A stretch of DNA of 63,386 bases, the filler included, from Octopus bimaculoides (lineage: Eukaryota): NCBI RefSeq assembly GCF_001194135.2. It is 5 parts of 4 records of this genome, joined end to end, with 100 filler letters (N's around TTAATTAATTAA, not from the genome) between each part and the next. Parts side by side here need not be neighbours in the genome. Positions count along the whole stretch, not along the records: positions 31,244 to 45,118 come from NC_069000.1; positions 45,219 to 60,763 come from NC_068987.1; 3 more parts are not named here. One strand, given 5' to 3'. The translations under genes and the position numbers were made by a program. The notes below the pieces were generated by a model. That model did no database searches, had not been told where the DNA came from, and saw only the letters and a list, made by a program, of their open reading frames with translations. Below are positions 38,169 to 49,676 of the stretch, piece after piece. Each line of letters starts with the position of its first letter. The first letter of the stretch is position 1.

Positions 38169-39527
38169 ATCATCATCATCATTTAACATCCACTTTCCAT
38201 GCTAGCATGGGTTGGACGATTTGAGTGAGGACTGGTGAAACCAGATGGCTACACCAGGCTCCAGTCTGATTTGGCAGAGTTTCTACAGTTGGATGCCCTT
38301 CCTAACGCCAACCACTCAGAGAGTGTAGTGGGTGCTTTTACATGTCACCCGCACGAAGGCCAGTCAGGCGGTACTGGCAACGATCTTGCTCGAAAATCGT
38401 ACGACGGCCAGTCACCGGCACGAAGGCCAGTCAGGCGGTACTGGTAACGGCCATGCTCAAAATGGTGTATTTTATGTGCCACCCGCACAAGAGCCAATCC
38501 AGGGGCACTGGCAACGATCTCTATCTATGAAGGCCAGTCAAGTGGTACTGGCAACGGCCACGCTCAAAATGGTATATTTTATGTGCCACCCGCACAAGAG
38601 CCAGTCCAGGGGCACTGGCAACGATCTCACTCAAAGGTCCTTACACATGCTGCGGGCACAAGTGCCAGAAAGGCGGCGCTGGGCATAGGTGACATCACGA
38701 TTTTGATTTCGCTTGCCCCAATAAGTCTTCGCAAGCTGAGTTTCGTGTCCAATGAGGGAGACGATGTTGGCATGGTTGCCAGTCGTCAAATTTCACTCGA
38801 TTTAGATTTCACTTGCCTCAACAGGTCTTCGCAAGTGCAAGTTTAGTGTCCAATTTACCTCGATTTCGATTTCACTTGCCTCAACAGGTCTTCGCAAGTG
38901 GAGTTTAGTGTCCAATTTAACTCGATTTCGATTTCACTTGCCTCAACAGGTCTTCGCAAGTGGAATTTAGGGTTCAATTTAACTCTATTTCGATTTCACT
39001 TGCCTCAACAGGTCTTCGCAAGTGGAGTTTAGTGTCCAACTTAACTCGATTTCGATTTCACTTCCCTCAACAGGTCTTCGCAAGTGGAGTTTAGTGTCCA
39101 ATGAAGGAAGGTACGCATAAGTGGACTAGCTGAGGCCATAGATTTAGGTCTCACTTGGCTTGCCGGGTATTCTCACGTACTGCATATTTCCAAAGGTCTC
39201 GGTCAGAAGTCATCGCATCGGTGAGGCCCAATGTTCGAAGGTCGTGCCTCACCGCCTCATCCCAGGTCTTCCTGTGCCTACCTCTTCCACAGGTTCCCTC
39301 AACTGCTAAGGTGTGGCACTTTTTCACGCAGCTATCCTCATCCATTCTCGCTACATGACCATACCAGCACAATCGTCTCTCTTGCACACCACAACTGATG
39401 CTTCGTAAGTTCAACTTTTCTCTCAAGGTTCTGATACTCTATCTAGTATGCACACTGACATTACACATCCATCGGAGCATACTGGCTTCATTCCTTGCGA
39501 GCCTACGCATGTCCTCAACATTACGTC
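38169..39527 (-). mobile_element. 5'-truncated RTE-clade LINE with about 1-kb 3' UTR
   Basis: ORF2 end (39151-39527) LRWMCNVS...REKL..RRLCWYGHVARMDEDS..GRGRHRKTW..DRDLWK; UTR holds an about 62-bp array (38735-39100) and array B (38340-38640); (GAT)n tail. Confidence 0.92.
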
Positions 39528-39529
39528 TA

Positions 39530-40200
39530 ATTTGTCGAACCAAATCTGACTTGGGTAGGATCAACAAATCCATATTAGATAGAATCATCCCTGTTATAAG
39601 AGAAACAACACTGAGATTATCCAAGCAGTTAGAATGATCCTGATAAATTATGGAAAACAGCACTGGTCTAAATCAGATTCTTTTAACTTCTTCGATATTA
39701 CTATGGGATCCTTGGACTCAGCACAAATAACTGATATCAGATTATTTCTATTGGACAAGATTTTCTATCTCACTCTGGAGGGATTTATAGGGATGTTGCA
39801 TTGTTCATTGTCTCTAATCATTTGAATCCTCAGATTGAGAGATTGAAGAAAGAGCTAAGGGAGTTTTTGAAGGACTTTTATAATCTGAACATTGTATACG
39901 AGAATAATCCTAAAGTAACAAATTTTTTGGATATCACTTTTTTGGATATTACCCTTTTTGAAAACCTAATCAAACTATCCAATATATCAAATGTATCCTC
40001 CAATCATCCTAAAGCAACCATCAATAGCATTGTAACTGCAATATCTGTTAGAGTCTCAAACCTATCAGCTAATGAAAACATTTTTAATCAATATGTCCCT
40101 ATCTATAATAATGCTTTAAAATTAAGCAGGTTTACTAATAATATTAAATATATACTCAATACAAAATTGAAAACAACATGGATGAGAAGAAACAGATCTC
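39530..40200 (+). pseudogene. PLE (Naiad-like) reverse transcriptase fragment
   Basis: RLICRTKSDLGRINKSILDRI; FDITMGSLDSAQITD; NFLDIT; SNHPKATINSI...RVSNLSANENIFNQ..PIYNNALK. Confidence 0.85.
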
Positions 40201-40320
40201 GGATAGCAGAAAATCTCTATTCGATTCCCTCGAAGATCACATTAAGTCGATAAGGACCAATATTTGTGATGATAAAATTAAGTTTAACAATGATAGGAAT
40301 AAAGGAGATAAAGTGGAAAA

Positions 40321-41155
40321 TCATCATCATCATCATCATCGTTTAACGTCCGCTTTCCATGCTAGCATGGGTTGGACGATTTGAGTGAGGACTGGTGAAA
40401 CCAGATGGCTACACCAGGCTCCAATCTGATTTGGCAGAGTTTCTACAGCTGGATGCCCTTCCTAACACCAACCACTCAGAGAGTGTAGTGGGTGCTTTTA
40501 TGTGTCACTCACACGAAGGCCAGTCAGGCGGTACTGGCAATGGCCATGCTCAAAATGGTGTATTTTATGTGCCACCCACACAAGAGCCAGTCCAGGGGCA
40601 CTAGCAATGATCTCGCTCGAAAATCTTTATACATGTNNNNNNNNNNNNNNNNNNNNNNNNNNNNNNNNNNNNNNNNNNNNNNNNNNNNNNNNNNNNNNNN
40701 NNNNNNNNNNNNNNNNNNNNNNNNNNNNNNNNNNNNNNNNNNNNNNNNNNNNNNNNNNNNNNNNNNNNNNNNNNNNNNNNNNNNNNNNNNNNNNNNNNNN
40801 NNNNNNNNNNNNNNNNNNNNNNNNNNNNNNNNNNNNNNNNNNNNNNNNNNNNNNNNNNNNNNNNNNNNNCACCGATTTCGCTTTCGCTTGCCCCAATAAG
40901 TCTTCGCAAGCTGAGTTTCGTGTCCAATGAAGGAGACGACGTTGGCATGGGTGCCAGTCGTCGAATTTAGTTCAATTTCAATTTCACTTGCCTCAAAAAG
41001 TCTTCGCAAGCGGAGTTTAGTGTCCAATGAAGGAAAGGTACGCATAAGTGGGCTGGCTACACCCCTGGCAGAGGCCTTGGATTTAGGTCTCACTTGGTTT
41101 GCCGGGTCTTCTCACGCACAGCATATTTCCAAAGGTCTCAGTCAGAAATCATTGC
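40321..41155 (-). mobile_element. RTE LINE 3' UTR copy inserted in the PLE (contains a gap)
   Basis: Same tail, arrays and last codons as 38169-39527; aaatcat present at both flanks as a candidate TSD. Confidence 0.85.
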
Positions 41156-41760
41156 AAGTAATAATAAGAAAAATAGTAATAAAAATAGAACTGATGTGGA
41201 TACCATGGATGATAAGGATGAACAGAAATATAAAGTTAGGTTTATGTCAAATGAAGGTGAAAATAAGTATGAAAATAAAAATATAAATAAAAACGTGAAT
41301 AGCTTTACATATGGCAAACTAAGTCAAACAACATACTGTAAGCCCACTTTTAATACCAAATCTAGGTTTCGTCAGGTTATTTGGTTTGCCCCACCCTTTT
41401 CACTAAGAGTGAACGGTCTACCAAGATTATTCTTTAAATTATTGAAAGGAAACTTCCCCAAAAATCATAAATATTACTCAATATGCAATAAATCATCAAT
41501 AAAGCTAGCTTATTCAGTCACTCCCAATCTTGGGTCTACTATCGCTTCAACAAACAGGAATAAAATAAGATAAGGTAATGATAGAAATGATAATAATAAT
41601 TTTGGTAAGAACATTAAAACTGATAATGGGAAATTCATTAATGGCACTGATGATAGTCGAAATGGAAATAGCACACCTTGTGAAATTGAATCTGAAAGAA
41701 TTATAAGACTGACTAACAATGCAAATGATAATACAAATAATAATAATAATAATAATAATA
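41156..41760 (+). pseudogene. PLE linker region continuing the 39530 element
   Basis: RQVIWFAPPFS...FFKLLKGNFPKNHKYYSICNKSSIKLAYSVTPNLGSTI matches the conserved PLE WFNPP / HFP..H.. / SYS motifs; flanked by Asn-rich segments. Confidence 0.8.
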
Positions 41761-41820
41761 ATGATAATAATAATAATAATAATAATAATGATAATAATAA
41801 TAATAATGATAATAATAATA
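41745..41820. repeat. (AAT)n microsatellite
   Basis: Directly visible. Confidence 0.95.
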
Positions 41821-41980
41821 AAGGATTTTTAATTGCTGCACAAGACCAAAGCCTCCCCACCAGAAATTACCAAAAACACATAATGAAAAGAAATATAACA
41901 AGTAACTGTAGAATATGTGGAGATCGACAAGAAACAATAAATCATATTATCTCTGGCTGCCCAGTCCTGGCTAAGAAGGA
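41821..41980 (+). pseudogene. R2-superfamily (R4/Dong-like) RLE LINE fragment with CCHC knuckle
   Basis: GFLIAAQDQSLPTRNYQKHI...CRICGDRQETINHIISGCPVLAKK; runs into a gap. Confidence 0.85.
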
Positions 41981-42487
41981 NNNNNNNNNNNNNNNNNNNN
42001 NNNNNNNNNNNNNNNNNNNNNNNNNNNNNNNNNNNNNNNNNNNNNNNNNNNNNNNNNNNNNNNNNNNNNNNNNNNNNNNNNNNNNNNNNNNNNNNNNNNN
42101 NNNNNNNNNNNNNNNNNNNNNNNNNNNNNNNNNNNNNNNNNNNNNNNNNNNNNNNNNNNNNNNNNNNNNNNNNNNNNNNNNNNNNNNNNNNNNNNNNNNN
42201 NNNNNNNNNNNNNNNNNNNNNNNNNNNNNNNNNNNNNNNNNNNNNNNNNNNNNNNNNNNNNNNNNNNNNNNNNNNNNNNNNNNNNNNNNNNNNNNNNNNN
42301 NNNNNNNNNNNNNNNNNNNNNNNNNNNNNNNNNNNNNNNNNNNNNNNNNNNNNNNNNNNNNNNNNNNNNNNNNNNNNNNNNNNNNNNNNNNNNNNNNNNN
42401 NNNNNNNNNNNNNNNNNNNNNNNNNNNNNNNNNNNNNNNNNNNNNNNNNNNNNNNNNNNNNNNNNNNNNNNNNNNNNNNNNNNNNNN

Positions 42488-42540
<53 letters not shown>

Positions 42541-42819
42541 AACACATATATATACACATATATATACACACATATACACACATATATATACATATATATA
42601 TATACATATCTATATATATACATATATTTATATACGTATATATATATAAACATATATATACACACACACACATATATATGCACATATATATATACACACA
42701 CACTCACATATATACACACACATATATATACACATGTATATACATACATACACACATATATATATATATACACATATATATATACATATACGTATATATA
42801 TATATATATATACATGCGT

Positions 42820-42865
<46 letters not shown>

Positions 42866-43184
42866 ATAATATTAGGGAATAAAAACTTATTCCAACCTTA
42901 CAGGCAAAAATTGGTATAATATTACATTGGGTTTCGTAATATATAATATATATGTATATAACTAATTTAGAGACAAACCACCACTCTACAACTCAGTCAA
43001 CTAAGAACCCGTCGAAAACCATGCTGTGTGGCATGTACCATATCAATATTTATCTAAGATTTTAATCTAAAATTTTAATAATTTTAATAATATATAATCT
43101 ATCATATAAAGAAACATTCATCATAAAAATATGAATTTAAAAATCAAAATTATAAATAGGACAGTGGAAATTAATACAATAATA

Positions 43185-43950
43185 TAAAGTATGAAAGTAT
43201 AAATGTATAAAAGTCAGTGCTAGTACATAGACTACGCGCGTTTCATGGCTGAAATAGTACTATATAAAATCATAAGCAAATTCTATCCAAATTCATTAGA
43301 ACGGGGAAATGATTTTACTCCCAAAATCAGTCACTCTTCAGGTCAAATTCCTAAAAAAAAATACCTAAAATCATTCAAGGAATAAACATAAACATGAGAA
43401 ATAAAAATATATATAAAGAGACAAAACCTGTAAACTAATCCCTACATTAATGATATTACTATAATTATTAAGAGATACAATCTAAAAATATTGAAAAAGA
43501 GTATTATAGTGAACAAGGTTAAAACATTATGGAAGAAGTAAACAATAGTAAAAAAATGTGTTAGTGTATAAAGTTAATAAAAGACGTGTGTCAATATTGT
43601 TTAGAAAATTAAAATTAGAAAACATGACTTATCTGCTGGCGAGTAACTGTAGATTAAACCAAAATGAGTGTACTATAGAATTTATACTAAAAAGTCACGT
43701 GGTTAAATATGGCGTCTATTACTCAGAGATAAATGCGTATTATAATTACTAAAATAATAATGAAAATATCGAAAAAGAAAAACTACCTAAAATAAAATGT
43801 TTGGGGATTAAAAATACTAAAATACTTAAAACTCTCAGACTTATGCAGAATAATAACTATACCACATACATATATACGTATTTCAGCCATGAAACGCGCG
43901 TAGTCTATGTACTAGCACTGACTTTTATACATTTATACTTTCACACTTTA
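43185..43950. mobile_element. Probable PLE remnant bounded by about 72-bp inverted terminal-repeat arms
   Basis: 43185-43256 is the reverse complement of 43879-43950 (one mismatch); arms contain GAAACGCGCGTA; interior weakly PLE-like (KIISKFYPNS, SNCRLNQNEC). Confidence 0.5.
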
Positions 43951-43962
43951 TGTATACGTATG

Positions 43963-44005
<43 letters not shown>

Positions 44006-44157
44006 TAGCACTGACTTTTATACATTTATACTTTCATACTTTATATATACGTATGTATATATACATATATATATATGTATATATACGTATGTATATATAC
44101 ATATATATATATGTATATATACGTATGTATATATACATATATATATATATATTATAT

Positions 44158-44350
44158 ATGACGACTGCTCCATCTTGACAGATGATAGCCATCCCATCAA
44201 CAATCCACACATATCATCACGCAGTACAATCACTCCGTTGGTGAGCCCTCAAGTGACTTTGAAGTCCGGCTGCTGAGCGACAAGGTCTACAGCACACATA
44301 ACAAATGTTCAGGCCTCTCGATCCTTGCTCGCTGGTATCTGATTCTAAGG
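44158..44350 (-). mobile_element. Second RTE-type LINE 3' end with C2H2-like finger
   Basis: [21 protein letters not shown] then a stop and short UTR. Confidence 0.75.
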
Positions 44351-44450
44351 NNNNNNNNNNNNNNNNNNNNNNNNNNNNNNNNNNNNNNNNNNNNNNNNNN
44401 NNNNNNNNNNNNNNNNNNNNNNNNNNNNNNNNNNNNNNNNNNNNNNNNNN

Positions 44451-44857
44451 CAATAATAACCACAAAACCAACAGTCAAAAAGTGTGGAAGGCCAAACTGC
44501 AGGATTTGTACCATCTTAGTAGAAGTTTCGGAATACACATCAGAACAAGGCCATCATTTCATCATCAGAAAAAACTTCACTTGTGCATCGGAAAACCTAA
44601 TTTATGTAATAACATGCACAGGATGCAATAGGCAATATATAGGCCTACGAAAAAGGATGGAATTAGATAAATCCCAAATCAGGAATCCTGAATACAGAAA
44701 AATACCTGTCAGCGACCATAGACAGATGTACACCAAATAAAAATCCAAAGTTTACGACCTTCCCACTTTACCAATTTAATTACAATACAACTTTCACCCG
44801 TCAAAACAACATTTTATTAGAAAATTCGGGCCCAGTTTAAACACCCTGAGCCAGTAA
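44451..44857 (+). pseudogene. PLE GIY-YIG endonuclease with upstream Cys cluster (Neptune-like)
   Basis: KKCGRPNCRIC...FTCASENLIYVITCTGCNRQYIG..LRKRM...IPVSDH...FIRKFGPSLN; frameshifted. Confidence 0.85.
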
Positions 44858-44869
44858 CATTAAAATCAT

Positions 44870-45090
44870 ATATTAGTTATTACGGTCACTACTACTACTA
44901 TCACGACTACTGCTGATACTGTTATTAAGGTCACTACTACTGCTGCTATTTCGGTCACTACTACTGCTGCTGCTGCTTGTGCTGCTTCCACCCCTACCAC
45001 TACAACCAATTGACTGCTGCTGCTGACACGGACAGAGGTCACTGCCATTTACCATTGCCAACACGGCCACTACTACTACTACAACCAACA
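44870..45090. repeat. Imperfect (TAC/TGC)n trinucleotide tract
   Basis: Directly visible. Confidence 0.9.
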
Positions 45091-45162
45091 AAAAATGCCC
45101 CCACGTAGACTATTGACANNNNNNNNNNNNNNNNNNNNNNNNNNNNNNNNNNNNNNNNNNNN

Positions 45163-45174
45163 TTAATTAATTAA
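45163..45174. other. Assembly linker TTAATTAATTAA
   Basis: 44N-12mer-44N. Confidence 0.95.
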
Positions 45175-45921
45175 NNNNNNNNNNNNNNNNNNNNNNNNNN
45201 NNNNNNNNNNNNNNNNNNATATATATATATATATATATAGGAAGGGTTTCTTTCAGTTTCCCTCTACCAAATCCACCCACAAGGCTTTGGTTGGCTCTTG
45301 GCTATAGTAGAAGATACTTGCCCAAGGAGCGTATATATGCTCGTATGAAAATTACTGACTTACCGATGCAGTAATGATAATATCCTTAATTGATCCTAGA
45401 GATGATGTGGAGTCTTAAAACTGTTGCATCCAAAGTAAGAACGAACGATGAATTTAAATATACCCTTTGCGTGGGGATGGGGTGGAAACAGTAGGAAAAA
45501 ACTTAACGTGAAGCGGCAGAAAATTGCTAACATTAAATTTCAAAGTTTGTTGTGGAAAAAAGTAGTAAAGAAATTGATGTGAAGAATAAGTGGGAACTTT
45601 GGCAGAATGTTGGTAATGTTCAATTTGAAGGGCCAATGTCTAAGTGAAATTAAATCTAATGTTTAATTCTGAGCTTGAGCATGATTAATCAAATTTTGTA
45701 CCCTCAGAGGAATGGAAGTTTGTTGGTCAAGCATTATAGAAAATGCGTGTCAGCGTAGGAGTTTCAAGAGCCGAAGGTTGTTGGATTTCCATAGCTTTAT
45801 CGGCAGAGATTCCAGATCTTTTGTCTCCAGTCGGGGTAAATTTTCATTTTAAGTCGGAGAACTTATATCTCACGAAAATCATTCACACCATTTATCTCGC
45901 CTTGTAATGTGAGTTGACAAC

Positions 45922-46135
45922 AAGTTGGCAGAATCGTTAGCGAGCCGGGCAAAATACTTTAGCAGTAATTTTTTTTTCCGGTTCTACGTTCTAATTCCGC
46001 TGTGGTCGACTTTACCTTTCATTCTTTCTGCATCCATAAAATAAGCACTAGTCAAGAACTGTTATCGATAAAATCGACTAACCTCCTCCTCCTCCAAAAT
46101 TCTAGGCTTTGGGCCTATAATAGAAAGGGTTATTT
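45922..46135 (+). mobile_element. SINE family B (CORE-like) copy
   Basis: ggcagaatcgttagc...gtcgactttacctttcattctttc...gataaaatcgact. Confidence 0.8.
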
Positions 46136-46152
46136 CTGAGTTGACAAGATAA

Positions 46153-46360
46153 GTTTCAAATTTTGTCACATGGCCTGCAATTACTGGGAAATTGGGTAGG
46201 TCGATTACATCGATCCCAGTGTTCAACTGGTACGTATTTCATCGATTCCGAAAGAATGAAAGGCAAAGTCAACCTCGGTGGAATTTGAACTCAGAACATG
46301 AAGACGAACGAAATGCTGCTGAGCATTTTGTCTAGCATGCTAACGATTGTGCCAGCTCGC
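46153..46360 (-). mobile_element. SINE family B copy, tail-to-tail with the previous one
   Basis: Reverse-complement homology to 45922-46135. Confidence 0.8.
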
Positions 46361-46831
46361 TACATTGAGCTATCGAGATATTATTGCTTATTTGACTGTA
46401 ACATGGTGAATGGTCCTCACCTTTTCAATCCTCTCAACATCCCTATGCCCCTTTTCCCTTATAAAAAAAACATTGATATAATGTATTCTAGAGTTGAATG
46501 GAATTGTAACTGAAGATTAAGAAAAGAACCAAGTGCTTGGGAACGTTTTAATTGGGAAAAGGAACCAATTGCAAGTTTATAATAGAATCTGTGACGACTA
46601 TATTGAGAAAAGTAATGAATCTTTTACTTTACACGTTCACATTTAGTTACTACGTTGTGCTGGAGGTTTAAATGGTACCTTGTATTGTTTTGACAGACAA
46701 TTTAAAACATTTAATTCTTGTCCAACACTATGGTAAAGGAAACACTATTATATGGATGCAAACTTTGTTTATCAACTGTACTGCTGGATTCCTTATTTCT
46801 GTGAGGCGGCCATCATTATTCCGAAAGTCTA

Positions 46832-47105
46832 AAGGACGGAGTGTTAAAAACAATACAGTTCTATATTTAAGAGATGAGGAATTATGTACAGTATTTACAT
46901 TATTTACATTTGACGGATATTTGTCCTCATCTTGTTTGTTGTCAACACGTTTCGGCTGATATACCCTCTAGCCTTCATCGGGTGTCTTAGGGGAAATTTC
47001 GAACCTGGGTTCTCTTTCCTAAGGTATTTTGCGATGTTATTATTATTATTATTATTATTATTCAAGTCACTGCCTGGAATCGAACTCAGAATCTTGGGGT
47101 TAGAA
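46832..47105 (-). mobile_element. Short element with Pol III B box, (AAT)n and hammerhead-like core
   Basis: Minus strand: GAGTTCGATTCC (47076-47087), (AAT)n, then gacac-CCGATGA-a-ggct..agcc-GAAA-cgtgtt (46945-46986). Confidence 0.6.
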
Positions 47106-47785
47106 TCATGCGGTTGTGTAAGAAGCTTATGTCCCAACCATGCGGTCTTAAGTTCAGTTCTACTGTGTCTTCTACTATAAAATAATTTCTATTTCCAAAA
47201 TAATTTTGGAAATAGAAATTATTTTTCAGGATTTGGGCTGTTATTTCGAGTAAGTCGAGCGACCATACTGAGACCTTCTATATTTTGTCTGATTGCTTGA
47301 TAAGCATGCATGCATGTGAAAATGAGCAGTCGAGTTTAAAATCATCTGGAATTTTCGTATGAGAGTAAAGTGAGTATTCCGAAAGCCGAGAGGTGGAGTG
47401 GGCTATTTCAACAGAATTGAAGTTAATTTCGTTTTTTCCAGAACATCTTAAACTTAGTATTTTTCCACTGGGAGTTCACAAAATGTTTTTGGANNNNNNN
47501 NNNNNNNNNNNNNNNNNNNNNNNNNNNNNNNNNNNNNNNNNNNNNNNNNNNNNNNNNNNNNNNNNNNNNNNNNNNNNNNNNNNNNNNNNNNNNNNNNNNN
47601 NNNNNNNNNNNNNNNNNNNNNNNNNNNNNNNNNNNNNNNNNNNNNNNNNNNNNNNNNNNNNNNNNNNNNNNNNNNNNNNNNNNNNNNNNNNNNNNNNNNN
47701 NNNNNNNNNNNNNNNNNNNNNNNNNNNNNNNNNNNNNNNNNNNNNNNNNNNNNNNNNNNNNNNNNNNNNNNNNNNNNNNNNNNNN

Positions 47786-47819
<34 letters not shown>

Positions 47820-48975
47820 ACACACACACACATATACACACACATACACACATATCTATGGGCATATCTATAGTTTAGTGCCCCAGAAGTTACCTCGAAA
47901 TTGACTACATTTTTTTCCCCACAACTTTTTTTTACCTGGTGTACCAATTTTCACTGAGCTTACAGTATTAGTCACTACTCATTAGATCGTGCAGAAAAAC
48001 TCGATTATACTAAGTGTTTCTTTAAAAAAAAACTAACATATACTTATTTAGAGACGATATCAGGCCTCACGCCCGCTTCGATTTGACCATATCCTTGCCA
48101 ATTACATTTATCAATAGCATCAGCTTTAGGCGGTTTTCACTATCAGGATCCTCTCGTTTTGTTCGTTTAAGAAAGTTTAACTGCTTTTAGAAAGCTTAAC
48201 GATAGTAAATTTTCTATAAAAATAAAAGATACATATTAGGCGCAGGTGTGGTTGTGTAAGAAGCTTATGTCCCAACCATGCGGTCTTGAGTTCAGTTCTA
48301 CTGTGTCTTCTACTACAATTCCGTGCCGATTAGAAGCTTCTGAGTATAAGAGCATAATTGGTGAATGTAACCTGAAAGAAGTCAGTTGTATATATATATA
48401 TATATAATAGAAATATGTTACAAAAACAAAATAGAAACTACACGTGGAAATGTAAGGGGAAAGTAAGAAGAAAAATAAGCGAAAATGCACATTGGAAATC
48501 AAAAAAAGGAAAGGCTTTTTATGAAAATTAACGATAGATATATACAATTAGATGAACTGAGGTAGGAATAAAGGTAATAAAAGTCNNNNNNNNNNNNNNN
48601 NNNNNNNNNNNNNNNNNNNNNNNNNNNNNNNNNNNNNNNNNNNNNNNNNNNNNNNNNNNNNNNNNNNNNNNNNNNNNNNNNNNNNNNNNNNNNNNNNNNN
48701 NNNNNNNNNNNNNNNNNNNNNNNNNNNNNNNNNNNNNNNNNNNNNNNNNNNNNNNNNNNNNNNNNNNNNNNNNNNNNNNNNNNNNNNNNNNNNNNNNNNN
48801 NNNNNNNNNNNNNNNNNNNNNNNNNNNNNNNNNNNNNNNNNNNNNNNNNNNNNNNNNNNNNNNNNNNNNNNNNNNNNNNNNNNNNNNNNNNNNNNNNNNN
48901 NNNNNNNNNNNNNNNNNNNNNNNNNNNNNNNNNNNNNNNNNNNNNNNNNNNNNNNNNNNNNNNNNNNNNNATATA

Positions 48976-49054
<79 letters not shown>

Positions 49055-49642
49055 ATATAATAAGTACCAAACTTACTAACTAAGTACAGCGGTCGATTTG
49101 TTCGACTAAGCCCTTCAAGTCGGTGTCCGAGCATGGCTGCAGTCCAATGACTGATAAAAAGCAAAGACAAAAAATACAAGCTATGGTAATTGCAAGACCA
49201 TTTCAGGTGTTATCAGATAAAATGCTTTACAGATGATGTAAAGCATTACACCTTCTCCGATTTGATCCCGTTCCCACCCTTTTTTATCTTACTACGGAAT
49301 CACTCTTAAGGCGATTTTCCGAATTAGATTCCTCTAGTTAAGACATTTACCCAAGAGCAACAAAAGTGAAAATAGTACAGAAATATGAAAAGAATTACAC
49401 CACTAAGAAGTTGCACCATTGCGTTACTCTTCCATTTTAACATATAATTGATCGTAACTTTTCTTTTTACATAACCAATTTTCTATTATAAAATCTTAAA
49501 ATATTGCAAAACACTAGTCGTTTACAATAATTTTAATCACATTTTAAGGTGGTCAAAAATTCGATTAGCTAGAAGGCGTAGAACAAGTCGCGAGAAAATA
49601 AATGTTGTGTATTGTATGTGCGTATGTATGTATGTATGTATG

Positions 49643-49676
<34 letters not shown>

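Noticed and set aside
45364-45395. 32-nt minus-strand micro-exon with perfect GTAAGT donor
   Set aside because: Weak acceptor and no linked exons; expected by chance in 63 kb.
49221-49247. Perfect 11-bp hairpin aatgctttaca/gatga/tgtaaagcatt
   Set aside because: Too short for a pre-miRNA and no ribozyme core in the required arrangement.
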